Source of the DNA: Candidatus Latescibacterota bacterium
Lineage (GTDB): Bacteria > Latescibacterota > UBA2968 > UBA8231
DNA length: 64,000 nt
Direction: 5' to 3'
NCBI GenBank assembly: GCA_965215195.1
Contig: CBDCDC010000002.1
Span: 384,001 to 448,000, forward strand
Shown here: positions 28,532-37,751 of the stretch, piece by piece
Layout of the letters: every line of letters starts with the position of its first letter
Numbering within the stretch: the stretch's first letter is position 1
Made by a program: the position numbers and the translations under genes
The notes under the pieces: generated by a model
Seen by the model: only the letters and a program-made list of their open reading frames with translations
What the model was told of the DNA's origin: nothing
Database searches by the model: none

Positions 28532-30073
28532 TCACGACAGGTGAGCCAAAGCTACGGCGATGAGCAGGCCGAAGGAAACCCAGCCCAGCAGGGCCTCGAC
28601 GACAGCGAGGAGTTTGAGCTTGCCCGTCGCGTCCCAAGCTCGGTGGTTGACGTGGATGAAGGTATAGATGCTGAAGACGATGCAGTCGGCGAGGGTGGGC
28701 CGACCTTCTCCGCTGGCCGGGCGCATGGCGTTAGAAGCTGTGCGGTACGCCAAGCCGAAGAGGAGCATAACGACGAGCATGGAGGCGATCACTCGCTGGG
28801 GGGCTGTGCCGTACTCCGCGCTCAAGCGCCACAGTTCCAGTCCCCAGCGCGCTGGCTCGCAATAGGTGCGCGATAGGCGCTGGTATTCCATGTGCTCGGC
28901 GCGGCAGGCCGCGGCGTCGCTGTCCAAGCCTTGGGCTAGGAATTGGTGGTACAGGGCGGCGTAGGTTGGGTTGAGGGCGGCCGCGTGGGTTGAGTCGGCC
29001 GCGGCGAGATGGCCTGCTAGCTGGGACCAGCGCACTTGGAGGCGACCGAAGCGCGGCTGGTGCAAGTAGAGGCGGCCCCCAGCCGCGAAGGTCGAATCCG
29101 CCCCGGTTGGTCGCAGGTCGATCAGGGCGAAGGCGGCGCGGCTCAGGTTGAGGGAATGGTTGAAGAAAGCGCCGAGGCGGATGACGCGGCCCTCGCTCTC
29201 GCTGAAGTCGGCTTCGCGGCGGAAGTACGCTCCATCAAAGCGGGCCTTGCCAAAGGTCGCACTGCGAAAGCGCGCCGCCCGAGCGAAGGTGAAGTCGGCA
29301 AAGGACGCCCGGCCGCTGAAACGCGCTCGCTCGAAGGCGACCTCCCCGTCGGCCCGCCCGCTGGCGAAGGACACTTCCTCGGCGAAGCGCGCATCCCAAA
29401 ACAGTGCTCGCTCGGCGAAGCGGACCCCAGCAAAGGATAGGGGCTGTGCCCAAGCGGTTTCCTTGAAGGAGGCAACCCCGGCGAAGGCGGCGTCGGTGAA
29501 GGTGGCTGGCGCGGCAAAGGCCGCCTGCTCGAAATAAGCGGCCTTGTCGAATTGGGTCTGGGCGAAAAGGATGCGCTGACCGGCAAAGCGCGCTCCGACG
29601 AAAGAGGCGACCCCGGCAAAGCGGCTTGCTCCTAGGTCGGCATCGCCGCGGAAGCGGGTCTTTTGGAAGGTCGCGTGCTTGGCTATATGGCTAGCGTGCA
29701 GGGCGAAGGCGGCGGTAAAGTGCGCGGCGGCAAAGGACAGGCCAGCGGCGAAGTGGGTGCGGGCAAAGCGCACCGGGGCGAGGAACGCGACTTGGCCGAA
29801 GGATACCTCGTCGAGAAAGTACACGGCCTCGAAGTTGAGGGGGACACGCACGGTGTCGATCCCCGCAGTGGGCGCAAACAGGCGTCCGCGAAAGGCGACT
29901 TGCCGGTGTGCGACGGGCGGGCCGTTGGCCGGGCCTTGTAGCTGGGCGATTAGCGTCTCAATGGGGAGCAGGGGAAGGGATTGGCCGGCGATGGTGGTAT
30001 CGGCTGCGGGCGTCTGGGCGCGCAAGGAGGTGCTCGAGAAGAGCAAGGCAGAAAATAAGAGCTTTGGCAGCAT
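28532..30073 (-). CDS. Pentapeptide-repeat protein with C-terminal two-TM ion-channel-like domain
   Basis: Signal-like N-terminus from ATG 30073; many A.F..A.F repeats; YG..P.R, TM, FS..TF, VEALLGW...L C-terminus. Confidence 0.75.
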   Translation of the reverse strand: MLPKLLFSALLFSSTSLRAQTPAADTTIAGQSLPLLPIETLIAQLQGPANGPPVAHRQVAFRGRLFAPTAGIDTVRVPLNFEAVYFLDEVSFGQVAFLAPVRFARTHFAAGLSFAAAHFTAAFALHASHIAKHATFQKTRFRGDADLGASRFAGVASFVGARFAGQRILFAQTQFDKAAYFEQAAFAAPATFTDAAFAGVASFKETAWAQPLSFAGVRFAERALFWDARFAEEVSFASGRADGEVAFERARFSGRASFADFTFARAARFRSATFGKARFDGAYFRREADFSESEGRVIRLGAFFNHSLNLSRAAFALIDLRPTGADSTFAAGGRLYLHQPRFGRLQVRWSQLAGHLAAADSTHAAALNPTYAALYHQFLAQGLDSDAAACRAEHMEYQRLSRTYCEPARWGLELWRLSAEYGTAPQRVIASMLVVMLLFGLAYRTASNAMRPASGEGRPTLADCIVFSIYTFIHVNHRAWDATGKLKLLAVVEALLGWVSFGLLIAVALAHLS

Positions 30074-30242
30074 ACGGCGGTTGCGTTTCAAAAGTGCAGC
30101 GTGGCGACGGCGGACCGGCTTCCTCTGTGATGCTAATATAATGATCGTCAATATAGAATCCGAAAAGAGGCCATAAGAGCACCGCCCCAACTTGTTGGGC
30201 GATTCGCTCGCTGGTCTCCCTTGCGGCCGGTGCGGTGAATTC

Positions 30243-30271
30243 TTGACAAGCCCTGCGGAAAAGCGTAACAA
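30243..30271 (+). promoter_or_regulatory. Possible sigma70 promoter giving a leaderless transcript of 30278..32542
   Basis: TTGACA-N17-TAACAA ending 6 nt before the ATG; no SD sequence; weak -10. Confidence 0.3.
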
Positions 30272-30277
30272 ACAGGC

Positions 30278-32542
30278 ATGAAATACCCCCCTGTTTGCGC
30301 CTTCCTCATCGCCGTCTTGAGCGGCCTGCCAGCCGCTGCCGACACCATCGTCGTCGGCGCGAGCGGCCTCGGCTGGCGCAGTGGTGGCGGCGAGATCCAA
30401 GCCAAGGTCATCCGCGGTGCCCAAAGCGTTGAGAACACCAACGCGCCCGGCGGCGTTATCGACTTTGCACCCGCCAATTTTGCGGACTGGATTTTTCCCC
30501 AGCGCGCCGATACCACGCTAAACATCGCCCTCGGGGCCAACAGCGAGTCGCGTGGCGGTTCCATCACGTCGCCCAACAACCTCAACGTGCGCGGCGAACT
30601 GGCCAAGCTCATCGACGACGATGGCCAAAGCGGACTCGATCTGCGCTTGAGCGCCGGGGCCAATAGCGCCCAGGTTTTGGGGCTGATCATCGACTTGGAC
30701 TTGGGCGCACGTTTTGGCGTCAATCGCTTCCGCTTTTTTCCGCGCAACGCCGCGCCCGAATTCCCCGCGCCCAACTTCCCCTTCCAAAACGATTTCATGC
30801 GCAGCTTTGAGATTTTCATCAACGACGGCACGCCAGACACCCAGCGCGAGGGGGTGCCCATCCGCACGAGCGTGGCCTTGGAAGGGCAGAACGAAGAGGC
30901 GGTCGTGGATATCCGCATCCCGCCGCAATACGTGCGCTTCGTGCGGCTCAAATCCCTGACGGCGCTGGGCTTTGACATCGCCGAGTTCCAAGTCTTCGGC
31001 ACGGGCTTTGTGCCCGAGGCCGTCTATATCTCCAACATCTTCGACTTTGGCGATCTGGCGCTGTTGGGCCATGTGCGCTGGGTGCAAGAGCAGGTCGGCG
31101 ACGCCCAGCTTTCGCAGATCGCAGTGCGCACGCGCACCGGCATTGATCCCGAACCGGTGGAATTCAACAAGATGCGGCCCGGCGAGCAGATCTTCCGCGT
31201 CGGCGGGGGCAACGTCGGGCTACAGTCGGATGGGGCTGGGGTCAGCAGCGGCACCGGGATCAGCAGTGGCCTGCGCACCAGCGAGGTGGGGGTGCCGTGG
31301 AAATTTGCCAAAGACGTGGAAGACGAGGCCCTGCAAGCACTCGTCGCAGAAGTCCTCGACAACGAGGAAGTGGATTTGCGCGACGCTGTGCAGGCGTTTA
31401 ATGCGCTGTCGCCGGAGGAACGCGAGCAGGTGGTTTTGCGCGAGGCCGACTACGAGAAACTCCCCCGAAGGGACCGGGCCACGATTCGCAACGACGTGAG
31501 CAATTGGAGTGCGTGGTCGCCGCCCTATCCCCCCAGCAGCATTGTCGGCCCGGCGGCTTTGGGCAGCGAAGGCGCGGGTGGGCCAATCGTCTCGCCAAGC
31601 CCAAGGCGCTACTTCCAATTTATGATCGAGTTCGCCAGCGACGACTTTGAGGCGGCCACCGGCGTGGGGGGCCTTTCCTTTGACGTGTTGCCATCGCCCT
31701 TTGCCGAGGAGCTAATCGCCGAGATCGGCCCTCGCAGCGCGGCCGTGGGCGAGAACACGGACTTTACTTACGCGGTGCGGAGCAAGTTCCGCCCCGGCCA
31801 AGACCGGGGTTTCAATCGCCTGCGGATCGCGACCCCGCTCCGGGTGGAACGGGTAGGTGCGGTGCAGATACGGCCGCCTGCGGGCGACGTGCTAAAAGCC
31901 GATTTTAGCGGCGCAGTACTCGACGAGTTGCCGGTGGTGCGCGGCGACTTTGCAGTCGTAGAGGTGGCCGACGACGCCTTTGCCATTGAGTTCCCGACCG
32001 TGGGCGAGGACGACGCTGAATTGCGGGTGAGTTTTGCAAACGCAGTCCTGCGCTTCGGCACCACGTTTAGCGGTCGAGTTTTTAACACCGCATCTGAGGG
32101 CGAGTTGGGGCAGAGCGTGGTGGCCGGCAATGCGGCCGATCTGGGTGCGGACGACCCCGACACCCAAGCGCTGGGTACGCCTTTTGAGGGCAATCTGTCG
32201 GTGAAAGTGCCCATCTCGGGCGAACTGCTGATCAACGTGTGCGCCCAGCCGCAGGTCTTCACGCCCAACGGGGACGGCGTCAACGACCGGGCCGAGCTGC
32301 AATACGACTTGACCAATGTGGGCCGTCCCACACCGCTGGGAGTTGCAATTTTCGATTTGGCCGGCCGGCCGGTGCGGCACCTGTACGACGCGCTGGACCA
32401 AAGTGGGCGCTTTGTCCGGCCTTGGGACGGACGCGACGACGCGGGCCGGCTGGTGCCGCCGGGCAGCTACGTGTTTAGCGTTGCGCTGGACGCCAAGACC
32501 GGCCAAACGAGAGCGGTCGCTGCGGTTGGGGTGGTGTATTGA
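30278..32542 (+). CDS. Secreted protein with discoidin-like region and C-terminal FlgD/CHU_C-type Ig domain (paralog 1)
   Basis: Signal peptide; IAEFQVFG.GF, WSAWSPPY, SP.PRRYFQ; tail FTPNGDGVND...IFDLAGR.VR...WDGRD..G..VPPG.Y. Confidence 0.75.
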   Translation: MKYPPVCAFLIAVLSGLPAAADTIVVGASGLGWRSGGGEIQAKVIRGAQSVENTNAPGGVIDFAPANFADWIFPQRADTTLNIALGANSESRGGSITSPNNLNVRGELAKLIDDDGQSGLDLRLSAGANSAQVLGLIIDLDLGARFGVNRFRFFPRNAAPEFPAPNFPFQNDFMRSFEIFINDGTPDTQREGVPIRTSVALEGQNEEAVVDIRIPPQYVRFVRLKSLTALGFDIAEFQVFGTGFVPEAVYISNIFDFGDLALLGHVRWVQEQVGDAQLSQIAVRTRTGIDPEPVEFNKMRPGEQIFRVGGGNVGLQSDGAGVSSGTGISSGLRTSEVGVPWKFAKDVEDEALQALVAEVLDNEEVDLRDAVQAFNALSPEEREQVVLREADYEKLPRRDRATIRNDVSNWSAWSPPYPPSSIVGPAALGSEGAGGPIVSPSPRRYFQFMIEFASDDFEAATGVGGLSFDVLPSPFAEELIAEIGPRSAAVGENTDFTYAVRSKFRPGQDRGFNRLRIATPLRVERVGAVQIRPPAGDVLKADFSGAVLDELPVVRGDFAVVEVADDAFAIEFPTVGEDDAELRVSFANAVLRFGTTFSGRVFNTASEGELGQSVVAGNAADLGADDPDTQALGTPFEGNLSVKVPISGELLINVCAQPQVFTPNGDGVNDRAELQYDLTNVGRPTPLGVAIFDLAGRPVRHLYDALDQSGRFVRPWDGRDDAGRLVPPGSYVFSVALDAKTGQTRAVAAVGVVY

Positions 32543-32554
32543 GTGGGGGTGGGT

Positions 32555-33019
32555 TCAGAGCTTGATGACGGCGATGAGGATGCCGGTGATGGCGACCAAG
32601 GTGGTCATGAGCCACATAAAATGGGCGTTCATGCGCTTATGGGTTTCGTCGATGCGGTGCTGCACCGCTTGGATTTGTTCTCCTAATGATCGGTTGGTCT
32701 CGTCGACGCGCTTATTGGTTTCGTCGATGCACTTATTGGTCTCGTCGACGCGCTTATTGGTTTCGTCGATGCGCTTATTGGTTTCGTCGATGTGGTGCTG
32801 CACCGCTTGGATTTGTTCTCCTAATGATCGGTTGGTCTCGTCGATGCACTTATCGGTCTCGTCGATGCGGTGCTGCACAACCCCTATCTGGTTGCGCAGG
32901 TCTTGGGAATCTTCGCGCATCTGGTTGCGCAGGTCTTGGATGTCTTCGCGCAGATAGCTGATGCCCCAGTGCAGGTCGTCGGGAGCGGGGCGAGATGGAG
33001 AGGTGGGATTTTCGGTCAT
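32555..33019 (-). CDS. Coiled-coil C-tail-anchored protein (CCDC90/DUF1640-like) with tandem heptad repeats
   Basis: 21-bp tandem units encoding (I/V)DETNK(R/C); single C-terminal TM helix; AGGAG RBS. Confidence 0.8.
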   Translation of the reverse strand: MTENPTSPSRPAPDDLHWGISYLREDIQDLRNQMREDSQDLRNQIGVVQHRIDETDKCIDETNRSLGEQIQAVQHHIDETNKRIDETNKRVDETNKCIDETNKRVDETNRSLGEQIQAVQHRIDETHKRMNAHFMWLMTTLVAITGILIAVIKL

Positions 33020-33337
33020 GGCAGGCTCCTTAGGAGGCTGTGGGTAATATGGGGGCTCACGGGGTAAGAAGCAGCCTACATGCCAAGGCCGATTCTTGAG
33101 TAGGCGCGGCCGTGTGTTGGCTCAAGGTGTGTGCGCGAGCACCCGCGGATGGATGCTTTGCGCTACAGTGAGGGGAACGATGGAGAACGCGGCCGTGCGG
33201 GTGGGCTTGCGGCTTCACTTGACCAAAATTAGCTGCCTAACGGCGGTGTTCTGGCACCCACGCCGCTGGCGTCGTTGCGTCCATCGTGCGGGCAGCAAGG
33301 GCACTGCCCCTACGAGTGTGGATGGGAAATATCCGTT

Positions 33338-36115
33338 ATGAAAACATATATCGTCGCCTTGGGGCTGGTGCTGATGGTGAGCCTCCCGGCTTGGGGCCAG
33401 ACCTATGTGCAGCGCGGCGGGGTCGTCAGCTTTGAGCCGACCGGCCCGGGTGTGCTGTTCGGGGCACTGGACCCGACCGTCAAAAAGTGGTACGTGCCGC
33501 AGGAGCTGTACGCCGACTATGGCTGGCGTCAGTGGGAGTACTCCAACTACGCCCGCACTCCGTATGAGCGCTACGTCAACACCACCCGCGAAGGCGACTA
33601 CTTCTACGATGTGTACGGCAACTTTACCACGCGCGGTTGGCTGATCTACGACTGGCGTCAGTTCCAGCCGCAGCCCTTGGGCAGTGGCATCTTCCAGAGT
33701 ACGCGCTTCAACCGCTGGTTCAACGCGGTGACCATCAGCGGCGATTCGCAGGGGCAGTACCACTACGCGATCACGGTCGGCGACCGGATCCGCACGACCC
33801 TGACGCCGATGACCTTTTCCAAGCCGGATTTCAATGGGGTGCAGGTGGATTTTGCCTCAGACAAGTACCAGGCGACGATCCTCGCCTCGCGCATCAGCGA
33901 GCCGATTCGCGGCTCCACCCAGCTTTCGGGCGGGATTACCGAGCCGGTGACCCAGACCAACATCACCTCGTTGTTCGGCGGGCGCGCCACCTTTCAGATA
34001 GGTGATTTCGTCGAGATTGGTGCCCAAGTGATGGACGCTAGCAACGGCAATACCCTGCTCGACATGTTCAACGGCGACCTAATCGCCGGCAGTCTCACGG
34101 CTGGGCAGAGCACGGCACCGCTGACGGCTATTGCGGTGATCCTGAGCGACGATTCGCCCGCAGACAACGAAGGGGGCGCAGCCCTGTTTAGCCACGACGT
34201 GCGGATTACCAGCCGCGACTTCGACACCGGCAAGGAGACGGTTTCTACCTTGCAGGAGGTCGTCCGCCCCGGTGCGCAGTGGCCGGTCCTCTTCGGGGGG
34301 TTTCGGCGGCCGGGCTTTCTGGCCGCGGACGGTCCAGAGCGGATCATCGTCAACTACGACTTCAACGACCCGGCCTACGTTGGCCCGGATCCGACGACCA
34401 TTGTCGCGGTGGACTTCAACTACGTGCTGGCCAACGACTTCAAGGTCGAGATGTGGTCCGACCGCCAGACGGGCTTGCGCGGGGTGCCGCCGCCGCCGTT
34501 GACGGCCGAGGTGATTGACGCGGCGCAGCCAGCGCTGATTGCGTTGCGCCGGGCCGCGGGCAATGTCGCGGACATCACCAACTTGCAGCGGGTTGAGTTT
34601 TCCTACGGCCTGCCAACGGCCAACTTGGTTGGTGGCTTCACCATGGAGGGCACCGGAGTCTTCGGCTTTGACTTGTACGGCGAGTGGGATCGCAACAAGC
34701 GCTATTTCCAGTTTCCCAATGCCGCGCTGTTCAACGAGGGCGAAGCGCATGCGATCTCCTCGGAAGGGTCCGACGCTTGGCACGTCACGGTCTCGCGCAA
34801 TGTGTTCCCCTACTTCCTCTACGGCGAGGCCTACGCCATAGACGAAGCCTATTCGACGACCGCCTTCTTGGTCAGCGCCACGGGCGATGTGCAATACGAC
34901 AATACCCAGCGGCACTTGTACGAGTTCGTGGATGACAACGACGACCAAGACCGCTTTCCCGACTGGATTCGCTTTGGGTCAACCAATGACCGGGCGATCT
35001 TTCCCGGCTGGGACCAAAACAACGACTTCATCTCGGACTTCAACCAAAACGACAACGCCACCGCGGCCAATATCGTCCCGGATTACGACGAGCCGTTTCT
35101 GCGCTACAACGTCGATCGGCCGGAATTTCTCTTTGGCATTGATTTGAACAACAACAACTGGATCGACCGCTTTGAGGACGACGATCTGCCCGATTACCCG
35201 TACAAGCCGGACCGGCGGGGGTACAACGTTTTCGGCGGCATCCACCTCGCGCCGGATATGCGGCTAACCGTTGGCCGCACGGACGAGAAATCGCAAGCGA
35301 CCGATGCCTTCAACGAGACCAATTACGCGCTGTTCACGCTGGATCGGGACTACGCGGGCTTGGGGCGCTTGCGGGTCTTTGACATGCTCAAGCAGGCCAA
35401 GGACACCATCCCCGACGCCCGGCGCGAGCCAACGCCCTTTGTGGGCGCGCCGATCCAGCCGGTGGTGCGCGACATCTTGGCGGCGCAGGACACTTGGGTC
35501 AACACCGCGTACGCGCAATTCGACTATCAGGGCATTGAGGGGCTGAACGTGGTCAACAAATTCAAGTGGGAGCGCTTCCAGCAAAACGCCGCGGACCCGC
35601 GCGACAGCATTGGCCGCCGGCTAAAAAAGACCGCGAGTTTCCTAGGGCTTATCAACAAGATCGACTATATCTACGGGCTTGGCCGCTTTGACTTGCAGCC
35701 GCGCTGCAAGAGCGAGTTTTTGCGGCAGACCCCGTTTGCCGCCGATGAGGAGCGGCGCGAGGAATGGGCGTTGACCGTGCAGTTGATCGCCCGCTTGCCG
35801 GTCATGCGGCGCACGGTTATAGAATCCGGCGTGGAGCAATTGTGGTTCAGCGACCGAGTGCAGGACGAGGACGCGCTGCGGGCGGCCGGGCTTTTGCAGG
35901 AGACCGGAGACTGGCGCTCGACCCATATCGCGCTGCAACTCTCTACTACTTCCGACTACCAAGGATACCGGCTGACCACGCAAGCGGGCTTGCGCTTCGG
36001 CCGCACGCTGAGCGAGCGAGTGATTGAAGACAGCGACCGGCCGGGCGTTTTCACAACCGACGACAAGGGCAAGAATGAGACTACGACTTTTATCACAGTA
36101 TTTGCCGGCTTGTAG
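33338..36115 (+). CDS. Large secreted protein, probable outer-membrane/surface component (paralog A)
   Basis: Signal peptide after ATG 33338; RGWLIYDWRQ, DDNDDQDR.PD, DQNNDFISDFNQN, GIDLNNN acidic motifs; beta-strand-rich C-terminus. Confidence 0.65.
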   Translation: MKTYIVALGLVLMVSLPAWGQTYVQRGGVVSFEPTGPGVLFGALDPTVKKWYVPQELYADYGWRQWEYSNYARTPYERYVNTTREGDYFYDVYGNFTTRGWLIYDWRQFQPQPLGSGIFQSTRFNRWFNAVTISGDSQGQYHYAITVGDRIRTTLTPMTFSKPDFNGVQVDFASDKYQATILASRISEPIRGSTQLSGGITEPVTQTNITSLFGGRATFQIGDFVEIGAQVMDASNGNTLLDMFNGDLIAGSLTAGQSTAPLTAIAVILSDDSPADNEGGAALFSHDVRITSRDFDTGKETVSTLQEVVRPGAQWPVLFGGFRRPGFLAADGPERIIVNYDFNDPAYVGPDPTTIVAVDFNYVLANDFKVEMWSDRQTGLRGVPPPPLTAEVIDAAQPALIALRRAAGNVADITNLQRVEFSYGLPTANLVGGFTMEGTGVFGFDLYGEWDRNKRYFQFPNAALFNEGEAHAISSEGSDAWHVTVSRNVFPYFLYGEAYAIDEAYSTTAFLVSATGDVQYDNTQRHLYEFVDDNDDQDRFPDWIRFGSTNDRAIFPGWDQNNDFISDFNQNDNATAANIVPDYDEPFLRYNVDRPEFLFGIDLNNNNWIDRFEDDDLPDYPYKPDRRGYNVFGGIHLAPDMRLTVGRTDEKSQATDAFNETNYALFTLDRDYAGLGRLRVFDMLKQAKDTIPDARREPTPFVGAPIQPVVRDILAAQDTWVNTAYAQFDYQGIEGLNVVNKFKWERFQQNAADPRDSIGRRLKKTASFLGLINKIDYIYGLGRFDLQPRCKSEFLRQTPFAADEERREEWALTVQLIARLPVMRRTVIESGVEQLWFSDRVQDEDALRAAGLLQETGDWRSTHIALQLSTTSDYQGYRLTTQAGLRFGRTLSERVIEDSDRPGVFTTDDKGKNETTTFITVFAGL

Positions 36116-37721
36116 GGGGCCGCGATCGTGGCCTCCTTTGCTCGTCGGCTGGCTTTTGGGGGCTGGTTGCGCCCAAGAGCCTGAGGAACTCGTGCTGGCC
36201 CGAGTGGATGGCGAGCCGATTACCGCGTCCGAGTTCGGGGATTTTGACGGGCGGATTCCCGCTGGGATGAAGCAGGGGGGCCGGCGCGAAGTGCTCGAAA
36301 GCCTGATCGACAAAAAGCTGCTTTTGCGCGAAGCGGCCGCCACTCATATAGCTGAAGATGCTTGGTTCAAAGGCGAGCTGGCCCGCTTCAAACGCGCTCG
36401 GCTGCTGGCCCTGTACATGGAGCGCGAGGTCGTCGCCAAGATCGAAATTACCCCCGAGGAAATAGAGCATCACTACCGAGAGAGCGGCCGGCACCGCGCC
36501 CTGCGCTTGGGCGGCATCATGGTCGAGACCTTGGCGGAAGCGCACGCACTCGGCGACCAGCTCGCCGCAGGGGCCGATTTCCACGAACTGGCCAGCGCGC
36601 ACTCGGTTCACGAAAAGACGGCCGCGCGGGGCGGCGACACTGGCATATACCAGACGCGGGACCAGATGTCGGCGGCGACGGTCGAGCAGGTGCTCGATCT
36701 GGCGATAGGGGGCGTTTCCGCGCCGGTGCGCGAAGTTTTCGGCCACGAGGACTTTTACGTGATCTACACCGTCCTCGACGAGATTCCAGCGCCCCGGAGC
36801 GCGTCCGAGCGGATCATCGTCGAGGAGCTGACCGTGCAAAAGCGCACGGAGCGGTTGCAGGTGCTGCGCGATTCGCTCGTGCAAGCGTACGCGCCCATGC
36901 CGCGCCCGGCCGCGCTTCAACGGCTCGTCGAGAACGGGGTCATGGCGGACCAAGCCGAAATTCTCTGCGCCTATCGGGGCGGCGCACTCACCGTCAGCGG
37001 TTTTTTGGCGGCGCACGAGCGTCTCGCCGGCAGGAGTTTACCGGCGGCCGACAGCGCGCACGTGGCCGCGTTTCTGCACGGCCGGGTCCTGCCCGACCTG
37101 TTCGTGAGCACCGAGATCGAGGCGGCCGGCTTGGCAGAGGATGCGCGTTTCAAAGAGACCGTGGCGTTTAAGCGCGAGGAGTTGCTGCTCAGCGCCTTGC
37201 GCCGGCGGGAGGTCGATCAGTACGTGCGCGTCAGCGAAGAAGAAGTGCGCGCCTTTTACGACGCGCATCCCGAAAAATTCGCTCGGCCCGAAAACGCGAC
37301 CATCGTCGAGATTTTGGTGGCGTCGGATTCGCTGGCCCAGCGCTTGGCAGACGAGTTGCGCGCCGGGGGCGATGCCGCAGCGTTGGCTAAGCTCCACAGT
37401 CGGCGCGAGGGCAGCTTGCACCACGGCGGCCAGATCCAGATCAATGCCTATACTCAAGGGCTGTTTCCCGTGTTGTCTGCGGCCGTGCGGGAGGTCGCTG
37501 TCGGCGAGGTGGGCGGGCCGTTGAAGACCGAGCGCGGCTATTCGGTCTTCAAGGTGCTGGAGCGCACGCGCGAGCCGATTCCGTACAACGCCGAATCCCA
37601 GCGCCGCGCCCGGGCCTACGTGCGGATCGACAAGTCGAAGCGGGATTACGTGCGCTTCGTGCGCAATTTGCGGAATAAGTATCCGGTGGAAATTGTCGCG
37701 GGCAGTTTGGAAAAGCTGTGA
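36075..37721 (+). CDS. Parvulin-type peptidyl-prolyl isomerase lipoprotein (PrsA/SurA-like, two PPIase domains)
   Basis: Lipobox LGAGC, VLARVDGEPIT, GADF.ELA..HS....A.RGGD.G, second domain with VG.VGGPL.T..GYSVFKV; start uncertain. Confidence 0.85.
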   Translation: MRLRLLSQYLPACRGPRSWPPLLVGWLLGAGCAQEPEELVLARVDGEPITASEFGDFDGRIPAGMKQGGRREVLESLIDKKLLLREAAATHIAEDAWFKGELARFKRARLLALYMEREVVAKIEITPEEIEHHYRESGRHRALRLGGIMVETLAEAHALGDQLAAGADFHELASAHSVHEKTAARGGDTGIYQTRDQMSAATVEQVLDLAIGGVSAPVREVFGHEDFYVIYTVLDEIPAPRSASERIIVEELTVQKRTERLQVLRDSLVQAYAPMPRPAALQRLVENGVMADQAEILCAYRGGALTVSGFLAAHERLAGRSLPAADSAHVAAFLHGRVLPDLFVSTEIEAAGLAEDARFKETVAFKREELLLSALRRREVDQYVRVSEEEVRAFYDAHPEKFARPENATIVEILVASDSLAQRLADELRAGGDAAALAKLHSRREGSLHHGGQIQINAYTQGLFPVLSAAVREVAVGEVGGPLKTERGYSVFKVLERTREPIPYNAESQRRARAYVRIDKSKRDYVRFVRNLRNKYPVEIVAGSLEKL

Positions 37722-37751
37722 GAGTTTCACGCTAGCAGAAAGGAGATTGCG

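Noticed and set aside
32640-32880. CRISPR array
   Set aside because: Repeats are contiguous in-frame 21-bp coding units without unique spacers; no cas genes.
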